This document shows positions 56,241-64,000 of a stretch of 64,000 bases of DNA, in pieces. The stretch comes from an uncultured Gammaproteobacteria bacterium (lineage in GTDB: Bacteria; Patescibacteriota; Patescibacteriia; Magasanikbacterales; GWA2-37-8), in NCBI GenBank assembly GCA_964444705.1, contig CAYUHX010000001.1, positions 17,055 to 81,054 of the forward strand. Reading direction: 5' to 3'. The translations under genes and the position numbers were made by a program. The notes below the pieces were generated by a model that saw only the letters and a list, made by a program, of their open reading frames with translations, made no database searches and was not told where the DNA came from. The stretch's first letter is position 1. Each line of letters begins with the position of its first letter.

Positions 56241-56540
56241 GAGCGACCTCGCATGATTATTTATTTCCGTTGTTCAAAGAGGGTTAACTCATCTGCCACA
56301 CCGGCAGCTGAGCCCTCTCCTCTTTGCCAACACTTTTTGACCCACCCAAGGCGGACGAGAGTTAATTCTCCGTAGCTTTTTGTTACGAGACTTCCAATCA
56401 ACACCTCGTCAGTTCTACTGCGAGGTACTTCATTTGTAAAGAACAGATACAAAATAAGCGCACCGATGTTTTCCGTACGCCTTATCTATACTGAACGTAG
56501 CACAAAAACGACCAAAAGTCAATGGTCTTAAGGTACAAAA

Positions 56541-56575
56541 AAAGCCCACTTTTTAAGCAAAAAATGGGCCCAGAC
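56541..56575 (-). terminator. rho-independent terminator downstream of the 324-aa hypothetical gene
   Basis: Minus-strand reading GGGCCCATTTTTTGCTTAAAAAGTGGGCTTTTTTTG. Confidence 0.5.
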
Positions 56576-56587
56576 GTTTATGTTGCC

Positions 56588-57562
56588 CTACTCATCACGC
56601 AGCACTTTCCTCAGTCGATCTGCTTCGTCCTCATTCGCTTGAGTTGTTTCTAAAAGATCGAGATATTCTTTCCACACGGTGGCTCGCTCTTTATTTACCC
56701 TATTGCGTAATCGATTCCCAAAAGAAATAAATGCCGATGGTTCGTTCAACTCTTTTGCAGCAACACCCAAGCGAAGCAGCAACTGGTCTTTTAAAAAACC
56801 TAATTGTGAATTATTTTGTGCAATAACCTCCTCAAGCTGGCTAATTTGTGACTCTACAACATCACGAGGGGTTGACCTGCCCTCAACCTTTAAATCATGA
56901 TTTTTCGAAAGCGGTTCATCCCAGGCTGATCGGGTCGCACTTACGTGCGATGCTTTGACTAACGATTGACGCTCAAGCGCAGCATTTTCTCGCTGCAAAC
57001 GCTGCATATTCGCCTCTTCTTTTTCTGCGTTGCGCTTAATTTCCGCTTCCAATTCTGCGCGCTGCCGTTTTTCAATCACTTCATTTCTTCTTTTTTCCAT
57101 TAACTCATCCATTGCCACCGCATTTTGTTTTCTATACGCCCGCCTCTCTTCTTCTGTTAAATTCGGTGGAAAATCAATGCCATCAACTGGCTCCGTCAGT
57201 TGCGTTGCTTCATTCGTTAAATCTGGCACACCATCACTACTTTCATCAACTGGCGACACCAATTTCGTCTCAGCACCCAAAACAACTTCCGGAGAAAACA
57301 TATCTGTAATCCGAACTGGGGAAACGCCACTTGGAAACGAGGGATCTAATCTAGCGCGACCCTCGACATCACGCGATTTTTGTACCCTCGTCCGCAACTC
57401 TTCTAAACGAATCAGATCTTCTGGCTTCAAATTACTTTGCGCAAATGAAAGTGGTATATCTAGCCACTCTACCAGATTTGCATCTGTTAACCTTCCATTT
57501 TCTTCAAAATGATTAACTAATTTTTCTGGCACATGCCCCCCTGATGAAACATTTTCTCCCAT
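56588..57562 (-). CDS. hypothetical coiled-coil protein (324 aa)
   Basis: Glu/Arg-rich heptad-like stretch (EERRAYRKQNAVAMDELMEKRRNEVIEKRQRAELEAEIKRNAEKEEANMQRLQRENAALERQ). Confidence 0.5.
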   Translation of the reverse strand: MGENVSSGGHVPEKLVNHFEENGRLTDANLVEWLDIPLSFAQSNLKPEDLIRLEELRTRVQKSRDVEGRARLDPSFPSGVSPVRITDMFSPEVVLGAETKLVSPVDESSDGVPDLTNEATQLTEPVDGIDFPPNLTEEERRAYRKQNAVAMDELMEKRRNEVIEKRQRAELEAEIKRNAEKEEANMQRLQRENAALERQSLVKASHVSATRSAWDEPLSKNHDLKVEGRSTPRDVVESQISQLEEVIAQNNSQLGFLKDQLLLRLGVAAKELNEPSAFISFGNRLRNRVNKERATVWKEYLDLLETTQANEDEADRLRKVLRDE

Positions 57563-57731
57563 ATAACTATGTAAGAAATAAAAACATGTTTATGCTAACA
57601 TAAATAAACGCAAAGTCAATTAAGGTTTGACAAAAAAAATACACCGAGTTAAGCTAATTTTACTTCTTCTCTACGAAAGATGAGGCCCCGCCGTGGGCTT
57701 TTTTAGATTCGTACGACCTACTTATATTTTT

Positions 57732-60407
57732 ATGGATAAAATTACCATTAAAGGCGCCCGAGAACATAACCTAAAAAACATTTCTCTTGAGCTGCCACGC
57801 AACAAAATGATTGTGTTTACGGGTTTGTCTGGTTCGGGAAAATCAAGCCTCGCGTTTGATACTATCTTTGCCGAAGGTCAGCGTCGCTATATTGAAAGTT
57901 TGTCCGCCTATGCGCGGCAATTTTTGGGTGGTATGCAAAAACCTGATGTGGATGAAATCGAAGGCTTGTCCCCCGCTATTTCTATTGACCAAAAAGCGCA
58001 TAGTGCAAACCCGCGTTCTACGGTGGCCACCATCACCGAAATCTACGATTACCTGCGCGTGTTGTTTGCTCGCGTCGGCGCACCACATTGCCCCATCTGT
58101 GGCACCAAAATAGAAAAAATGACTATCGATCAAATGATTGAACGAATAGTGAAAGGAATAAAAAATAAAGACAAAGAAAAAAATGTATTAACCATTCTTT
58201 CTCCCATAGTCCGCGGACGCAAAGGTGAATATTACCAATTACTCTATGACACCTATAACTCTGGCTACCTTGAGGTGCGCGTTGATGGCAAAATAAAAAG
58301 TCTGCGAGAAAGAATTGTCTTATCAAAAAACAATGCGCACACCATTGAAGTTATTGTCGATAAAATTCCATTAAAATTTGACGAAAAAAATCTAAAATCA
58401 AAAACTACTACACCGCTATCAGAAGATGATTCCCAACGCCTCACCGAAGCAGTACGTTCGGCCACCGATCTTTCAAACGGCCTTTGTACAGTCATTTACC
58501 CCAGCGGTGAGGAGCAGGTATACAGCACCGAATATTCCTGCCCCAACGATGGGTTTAGCTTCCCAGAAATTGAGCCGCGCTTGTTTAGTTTCAACAGCCC
58601 CTATGGCTACTGCGAAGCCTGCACCGGCCTTGGTACCAAAGAACTTTTCAGCACCGAAATATGCACCGTCTGCCAAGGTAAACGTCTCAACAAAAATGCA
58701 CTTAGTGTAAAAGTGGGTACCAAAAACATTTGGGAAATCACCACGCTCACCATTAGTGATGCGCGCGAATTTTTTGCCGCAGTCGACATGGAGCTGAGCG
58801 ACACTGAGCGAGAAATTTCTGGTGCAGTGCTTAAAGAAATCGGCAATCGTTTACAATTCATGTTTAATGTAGGTTTGCATTATTTGAGTCTCAACCGCAA
58901 AGCCGGCACTCTCTCGGGTGGCGAGGCGCAACGCATTCGCCTCGCGTCGCAAGTGGGCACCAAACTCGTCGGTGCGCTTTATGTGCTCGACGAGCCCACC
59001 ATTGGACTCCACCAAAAAGACAATGACCAGTTGGTGAAAACGCTTCGCAATCTCTGCGATGTGGGCAACACCATCATCGTGGTGGAGCACGACGAAGACA
59101 CCATTCTTGCGAGTGATTGGCTCGTTGATTTTGGCCCGGGCGCCGGAAAGCATGGTGGCGAAGTGGTGTATTCTGGTCCACTCACCACACTGCTCGAAAC
59201 ACGCAACGACACGAATGTAAAAAAATCTACTGCCCGCGCGCTTGGTGCGACTGTGGCTATCCCAAAGAAAAAAAATTCTGAAGACCTGGTTGGTCAAACC
59301 GCCTTTCACTGCGCTCTTCAAGGCAGTGCCCTCCAGTCGCTCACTGGGCAGTATTTGCGCGGTGAAAAAACCATCGCTATTCCAGAAACACGGCGCAAAG
59401 TTGATTCCGCGACACCAAAAATAAAAATCAAAGGCGCCAAAGAACACAACCTTAAAAACATCACCGTTGAAATTCCACTCCGACGTTTGGTGTGTCTTAC
59501 CGGCGTCTCGGGATCGGGCAAGTCAACCCTCATGCATGATATTTTGCATGAAGCGGTAACGAATAAATTTTTCCGCACGAGCCGAGTCGTCGGCGCGCAC
59601 CAAGAAATTACCGGCCTTGAATATATTGATCGCATGATTACCATTGATCAATCGCCGATCGGCCGTACCCCCCGCTCTAACCCCGCAACATATACCAAAG
59701 CTTTTGATATCATTCGCGACTTATTTTCTTCCACCGCCGAAGCCAAAATCCGCGGCTTTAAAAACGGAATGTTTAGCTTCAATGTCCCCGGTGGACGCTG
59801 CGAGCACTGCGAAGGACGTGGCACACTCGAAATTGAAATGCACTTCTTGCCAAGTGTAGAAATTGTCTGTGATGTGTGCCGAGGAAAACGTTTTACTCAA
59901 GATGTGCTTCAAATTCATTACAAAGAAAAAAATATTTCTGAAGTTTTGAGCATGACCGTCGAAGAAGCGGAAGAATTTTTTCGCGACGTTCCTCTCATTC
60001 ATGATAAATTAAAAATGCTGAAAGAAGTGGGTCTTGATTATCTCACGCTTGGGCAATCAGCCACGACGCTTTCAGGCGGTGAAGCACAACGCATCAAGCT
60101 CTCGAAAGAACTTTCTAAATACGGCACGAGCAAAACACTCTACCTCTTGGACGAACCCACCACCGGTCTCCACTACGAAGATGTACGCAAATTAGTGGAT
60201 GTACTCCAACGCCTGGTTTCGCAAGGCAACACGGTGATGGTGATTGAACACAATCTTGATGTGATCAAATCTGCCGACTGGATTATTGATCTTGGCCCAG
60301 AAGGTGGTGACAAAGGGGGTCAATTAGTTGCCACTGGCACGCCCGAAGAAGTAGCTAAAAAAAGTGGCAGCGCCACTGGGCATTATTTAAAAAGACTTCT
60401 GAAATAA
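57732..60407 (+). CDS. uvrA: excinuclease ABC subunit A paralog 2 (UvrA-like, about 892 aa)
   Basis: N-terminus [65 protein letters not shown]. Second ABC module [18 protein letters not shown] signature LSGGEAQRI twice. Cys clusters. Confidence 0.88.
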   Translation: MDKITIKGAREHNLKNISLELPRNKMIVFTGLSGSGKSSLAFDTIFAEGQRRYIESLSAYARQFLGGMQKPDVDEIEGLSPAISIDQKAHSANPRSTVATITEIYDYLRVLFARVGAPHCPICGTKIEKMTIDQMIERIVKGIKNKDKEKNVLTILSPIVRGRKGEYYQLLYDTYNSGYLEVRVDGKIKSLRERIVLSKNNAHTIEVIVDKIPLKFDEKNLKSKTTTPLSEDDSQRLTEAVRSATDLSNGLCTVIYPSGEEQVYSTEYSCPNDGFSFPEIEPRLFSFNSPYGYCEACTGLGTKELFSTEICTVCQGKRLNKNALSVKVGTKNIWEITTLTISDAREFFAAVDMELSDTEREISGAVLKEIGNRLQFMFNVGLHYLSLNRKAGTLSGGEAQRIRLASQVGTKLVGALYVLDEPTIGLHQKDNDQLVKTLRNLCDVGNTIIVVEHDEDTILASDWLVDFGPGAGKHGGEVVYSGPLTTLLETRNDTNVKKSTARALGATVAIPKKKNSEDLVGQTAFHCALQGSALQSLTGQYLRGEKTIAIPETRRKVDSATPKIKIKGAKEHNLKNITVEIPLRRLVCLTGVSGSGKSTLMHDILHEAVTNKFFRTSRVVGAHQEITGLEYIDRMITIDQSPIGRTPRSNPATYTKAFDIIRDLFSSTAEAKIRGFKNGMFSFNVPGGRCEHCEGRGTLEIEMHFLPSVEIVCDVCRGKRFTQDVLQIHYKEKNISEVLSMTVEEAEEFFRDVPLIHDKLKMLKEVGLDYLTLGQSATTLSGGEAQRIKLSKELSKYGTSKTLYLLDEPTTGLHYEDVRKLVDVLQRLVSQGNTVMVIEHNLDVIKSADWIIDLGPEGGDKGGQLVATGTPEEVAKKSGSATGHYLKRLLK

Positions 60408-60494
60408 CGCTATCGTGCCCTCTGGTTTTTTACTCACACCAAAGCAAAAACAACTCCCCATATTGCCTTTTACCATAAAAAATGGCATACTGAG

Positions 60495-60915
60495 CGCTCA
60501 TAACAGGTAATCGCCCCGACGTAAAGTCGGGGAGGAAAGTCCGAACACCCTACCCTCCGCCTCGTGCGGAGATTGAAAAAGGTAGTGGGTAACACCCACC
60601 CTTTGTTTCGTGAGGAGCAAGGCGGGACAGTGGCACAGAGACAATACTAACCAGTGCTTGGCACTGGCGAAAGGTGAAAAGTGTGAGGAGGTAAAAAATC
60701 TTCGGATTTCTTGCCACCCCACTCCTCGGCTGGCAACAGCCGAGTGTGCTAAACCCTACCTGGTGCAAGAGCAGCCCCAAATTCCCTTTATGGAATTTGT
60801 CGGAAAAGTTCGCTCGCACAGATTCCGTCAGCAATGCCGGAGCCAGAGAAATGATTACCACTCCCCCATCTAAAAAATGGTGGAGCACAAAATTCGGCTT
60901 ATCGTTATGAGCATC
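60495..60915 (+). ncRNA. rnpB: RNase P RNA (bacterial type A-like)
   Basis: Conserved P4 5' strand GGAGGAAAGTCCGAACAC and 3' strand ACAAAATTCGGCTTATCG, with compensatory CCGAA/TTCGG changes relative to the common CCGGG/CCCGG. P1 closing helix GCTCATAAC...GTTATGAGC. GGTAACACCC (P10-P12 region) present. Only short spurious ORFs overlap. Confidence 0.85.
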
Positions 60916-60986
60916 CTAAAACCTCTCTTCCTCAGAGAGGTTTTAGTTTGACGATGAACCGCTTTAGGCATAAAATAGCTCGTACT

Positions 60987-62405
60987 ATGAAACGCTTTGA
61001 ACTTATTTTTACCTTTCTCAAACTTCCACTTGATTTTATTCTTCTGGTTTGTGCTGGACTCACCGCCTACAGCATACGCTACACCCCTCTCGTTGTCTCA
61101 ATTCGCCCAATTCTCTTCAATCTTAAGTGGCCGCATTTTTTTCAAAGCCTCCTTCTTGTTGCAGCTGGTTGGATCGGCATCTTCATCGTCTCCGGACTCT
61201 ACGATGCCAACCCCAACCGAAAATTTTCAAATGAAATTACTAAAATAGTGATGGCCTGCTCAACCGGTTTTGCCGCTATCACTATCTATGTTTTTTTTAC
61301 ATTGCAAAAATTTGATTCCCGTTTTTTGGTGCTGGCTGGCTGGCTCATTGCCACGGTATACCTCATCGCCATGCGCTTGATACTTCACGGTATTAAAACT
61401 TTGTGTTATCGCTATGGTTTTGGTCGCCGCCGCGCAGTGATCATTGGATCCGAAACCATTGCGGAAACTATTACGACAACTCTTCAAAATAACCCTCGCT
61501 TTGGATATCTCATAGTCGGCACCTTTTCTGCCTTCACAAAAAACAATAGTTCACACATTCTCACTCTTCAGCCAGACGAAATTATTTTTACCAACCCGCG
61601 AGGCAATGAAGACGAGACCTTGGCTGCCATCGACTTTGCCAACGAACATCACCTCACCTTTAAATATTCAGCTGACCTATTTGCCACCATCTCCACCAAC
61701 CTGTCTGTTTCCACCATTGCCGGCATTCCCATCATCGAACTCCAACGCACTCGCCTCAATGGGTGGGGCAGAATTATTAAACGCTTGATTGATATTGTAG
61801 GTAGTATTTTTTTTCTCCTCCTCTTTTCGCCACTATTCGGATTTGTTGCCCTGTACATTCTTATTGAAAGCGGTCGACCAATTATCTATAAAAATAAACG
61901 TGTCGGGCAAAATGGAAAGCTTTTTTTTACTCTCAAATTCCGCTCCATGTACCAACGCTTTTGCACCGGCGAACAATTTAGCAGCAACGACAAAAAAGCA
62001 CTGGCCCTAGAAAAAGAACTGATCACAAAACAAAGTATCAAAACTGGTCCCGTGTATAAAATTAAAGATGACCCCCGTGTCACGCCTTTTGGTCGTTTTA
62101 TTCGGCTCTGGAGCCTTGATGAATTACCCCAATTTATCAATGTCTTAAAAGGTGAAATGAGCCTCGTTGGACCGCGACCACACCAACCTCGAGAGGTGGA
62201 CAATTATGACACCCATCACAAAATTGTACTCACCCTCAAGCCTGGTATCACCGGCCTTACTCAAATCTCTGGTCGTAGTAATTTGCCATTTGAAGAAGAA
62301 GTTAAACTCGATACTTTTTACATTGAACACTGGAGTTTGTTTCTTGATGCAATTATTCTACTCAAAACTCCGTTTGTGGTACTCAAAAGAGATGGTGTGT
62401 TATGA
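60987..62405 (+). CDS. polyprenyl-phosphate sugar phosphotransferase (WbaP/exopolysaccharide-priming bacterial sugar transferase family); start could be 60948
   Basis: N-terminal TM block. C-terminal bacterial sugar transferase domain RLIDIVGSIFFLLLFSPLFGFVALYILIESGRPIIYKNKRVGQNGKLFFTLKFRSM...LVGPRPH...LKPGITGLTQISGR. Confidence 0.8.
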   Translation: MKRFELIFTFLKLPLDFILLVCAGLTAYSIRYTPLVVSIRPILFNLKWPHFFQSLLLVAAGWIGIFIVSGLYDANPNRKFSNEITKIVMACSTGFAAITIYVFFTLQKFDSRFLVLAGWLIATVYLIAMRLILHGIKTLCYRYGFGRRRAVIIGSETIAETITTTLQNNPRFGYLIVGTFSAFTKNNSSHILTLQPDEIIFTNPRGNEDETLAAIDFANEHHLTFKYSADLFATISTNLSVSTIAGIPIIELQRTRLNGWGRIIKRLIDIVGSIFFLLLFSPLFGFVALYILIESGRPIIYKNKRVGQNGKLFFTLKFRSMYQRFCTGEQFSSNDKKALALEKELITKQSIKTGPVYKIKDDPRVTPFGRFIRLWSLDELPQFINVLKGEMSLVGPRPHQPREVDNYDTHHKIVLTLKPGITGLTQISGRSNLPFEEEVKLDTFYIEHWSLFLDAIILLKTPFVVLKRDGVL

Positions 62406-63520
62406 AAATTGCTCTAGTCCATGATTACCTTGCTCAAGATGGAGGGGCTGAGCGTGTCCTTAAAGCTATGCACGAGCTGTGGCCCGATGCTCCTATTTTT
62501 GTATTGTTTCATGATCGTGAGAAAATTCCTTACTTCACCAATACAACCATTCACGAGTCGTGGCTAGCCAAAATGCCCGGCATTAACACCCATTATCAAT
62601 GGTACCTCCCCTTTATGCCCGGCGCCACCGAACAATATGATCTACGGGCATTTGATGTGGTGATCTCGTCCACCAGTGCTTTTGCCAAAGGAGTCATTAT
62701 TTCCCCTCATACACTCCACCTTTCATATTGCCACACGCCCACGCGTTTTCTCTGGGCCGACAGTCATGAATACTTGGCCGACCTCAACTACAGCTGGGCG
62801 GTTAAAGCGTTTGTACCCCGGCTACTTTATCGCTTACGGCTCTGGGACAAACTCAGTGTTGATCGAGTTGACCACTTCATCGCAAATTCTCACACCGTTC
62901 AACAGCGCATCAACAAATATTACCGCCGCCAGAGCGATGTCATCTACCCACCAGTTGACACCCACCTCTTTTCAATCGCACCACAGATAAAAAACTACTT
63001 TATTGCTGGTGGCCGCCTGGTGCCCTACAAACGATTTGATTTAATTGTTCGGGTATTTAATCGCTTAGGTTATCCGCTCAAAATTTTTGGCACCGGACCA
63101 GAGCTTGATCGTCTCCAACGCTACGCTAAAGCCAACATTGAATTTCTTGGCCGGGTGAACGACGAAGAAAAACGCCAACTCCTCAGCGAAGCACAAGCTT
63201 TTATCCACCCTCAACTCGAAGACTTTGGCATCACCACCGTTGAATCGCTCGCCAGCGGGCGACCGGTCATCGCTTTTGCAGCTGGCGGCGCCGCCGAAAC
63301 CATTCTTCCTGGGGAAACAGGCGTTTTATTTCCCGAACAAAGCTGGGAATCACTCCTCAATGCAGTACTTCACTTTAACGCTTCTCATTGGGATAGTCTT
63401 GCTATCCGTGAGCACGCGCTTAAATTTAGCGCTGATACTTTCAAGCTCACCTTACAAAAATATGTTAATGATCGTTATGAAGAATTTCTCAAAAGCCTCG
63501 ACCAAAGCACATTGATTTGA
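62402..63520 (+). CDS. GT4-family glycosyltransferase (glycosyl transferase group 1)
   Basis: MKIALVHDYLAQDGGAERV N-terminus. C-terminal GT4 fold with EDFGITTVESLASGRPVIA (EX7E-like). Start overlaps the upstream stop by 4 nt, suggesting an operon. Confidence 0.8.
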   Translation: MKIALVHDYLAQDGGAERVLKAMHELWPDAPIFVLFHDREKIPYFTNTTIHESWLAKMPGINTHYQWYLPFMPGATEQYDLRAFDVVISSTSAFAKGVIISPHTLHLSYCHTPTRFLWADSHEYLADLNYSWAVKAFVPRLLYRLRLWDKLSVDRVDHFIANSHTVQQRINKYYRRQSDVIYPPVDTHLFSIAPQIKNYFIAGGRLVPYKRFDLIVRVFNRLGYPLKIFGTGPELDRLQRYAKANIEFLGRVNDEEKRQLLSEAQAFIHPQLEDFGITTVESLASGRPVIAFAAGGAAETILPGETGVLFPEQSWESLLNAVLHFNASHWDSLAIREHALKFSADTFKLTLQKYVNDRYEEFLKSLDQSTLI

Positions 63521-63667
63521 CGTTGTTCAGATTTTAGCTTGTAGGCGGTAGTTTCTAAGTTGAAAAATGTTTATTTTTTAGGTTAGAAATCTTAATGCAA
63601 GCTACAAGTTAACGCCTAAATCCTGCAATCTAAAAACTAACACCTAAAACCTCTAACCTAAAACTTT

Positions 63668-63976
63668 GTGACTTGGAAAACTCCCTCACTCAAACATCTC
63701 GCACATACCATTCATACCATAAAAACCGAGTCTGACCTGCTTAATTTTTTGCGTGATCTCTGTACGCACGAAGAGTTAGCCGACTTATCTATTCGTTGGC
63801 AGATCGTACGTTTACTTCACCAGGGCATGCCCTACCGAAAAGTGGCCGAAAAAACCGGCGTCAGCACCACCACGGTCACCCGTATTGCCCACTGGCTCCA
63901 TCATGGCACCGGCGGCTACCAAGCAGTGTTGGCAACCTCTCCCACCCATCCACGCCGCCGACGCCAGAAACAATAA
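63668..63976 (+). CDS. TrpR-like YerC/YecD-family DNA-binding protein
   Basis: LRDLCTHEELADLSIRWQIVRLLHQGMPYRKVAEKTGVSTTTVTRIAHWL matches the TrpR/YerC HTH family. Confidence 0.7.
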   Translation: MTWKTPSLKHLAHTIHTIKTESDLLNFLRDLCTHEELADLSIRWQIVRLLHQGMPYRKVAEKTGVSTTTVTRIAHWLHHGTGGYQAVLATSPTHPRRRRQKQ

Positions 63977-64000
63977 TATTTCTCTACATTACATAAAAAC

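Noticed and set aside
44376-56260. Explanation of the three high-GC segments as a metagenomic assembly chimera or contamination
   Set aside because: This is not fully excluded without reads. It is less likely because there are three separate short islands, each flanked on both sides by host-composition genes in consistent orientation (six junctions would be needed). Each island also has its own translation and termination signals.
54853-56375. Multiple overlapping 100-190-aa ORFs on both strands inside the POT transporter region (for example 55185-55748, 55216-55611, 55745-56071, 55797-56375)
   Set aside because: These are high-GC shadow ORFs. Only the minus-strand frame carries the conserved PTR2 motifs and a 12-14 TM hydropathy pattern.
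60498-60888. Three short ORFs (60498-60722 -, 60550-60888 -, 60610-60873 +)
   Set aside because: They overlap the RNase P RNA gene, whose conserved P4/P1 elements are evident. No SD or coding-like composition.
1-64000. Search for CRISPR arrays, transposases, integrases and restriction-modification or other defence genes
   Set aside because: No regularly spaced direct repeats of 25-40 bp, and no DDE, tyrosine or serine recombinase or methyltransferase/REase motifs were seen. The only repeat structures are the short IRs at 44.1-44.4 kb and the simple GGS-coding repeat.

Overview
This is a 64-kb, low-GC (roughly 40-47%) bacterial chromosomal segment densely packed with housekeeping genes on both strands. 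Translation: aspS, tsf, rpsB, secE-nusG-rplK, rplS, rpmE, prfA-prmC, rplY, rsmE, rluD, queA and an RlmI-like methyltransferase. DNA metabolism: gyrB and a complete nucleotide-excision-repair set, uvrA, a second uvrA paralog, uvrB and a compact uvrC. Cell envelope: mltG, an ftsW/rodA-type SEDS gene, a PAP2 phosphatase, a DsbA-like oxidoreductase, a wbaP-like sugar transferase and a GT4 glycosyltransferase. Two RNA genes absent from the ORF track are present: a tRNA whose anticodon reads UAU (tRNA-Ile) and an RNase P RNA (rnpB, about 60495-60915). Several features resemble reduced-genome Patescibacteria/CPR-like organisms, but lineage cannot be proven from sequence alone: a short archaeal-type AspRS, a UvrC lacking the C-terminal (HhH)2 domain, L31 with a Lys-rich tail, a 2278-aa surface protein with a C-terminal peptidoglycan-binding domain, and many lineage-specific secreted or hypothetical proteins. 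The most unusual signal is compositional. Three discrete high-GC (about 60-70%) islands sit in the low-GC backbone at about 44.38-45.25 kb, 50.93-51.42 kb and 54.23-56.26 kb. Each encodes an envelope protein: a lipoprotein, a small 2-TM protein, and a POT/PTR2 peptide transporter that seems to carry a 3' frameshift and a long N-terminal extension. They lie inside an accessory stretch of coiled-coil hypothetical proteins. The first island is bounded by inverted repeats and a terminator. Other points worth a second look are a Cys-rich polytopic protein with a TrbC/VirB2-pilin-like hairpin next to DsbA, and two unannotated small ORFs with strong Shine-Dalgarno sequences (a 51-aa Cys-rich secreted peptide and a 47-aa membrane peptide). 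No CRISPR array, transposase, integrase or recognizable defence system was found.
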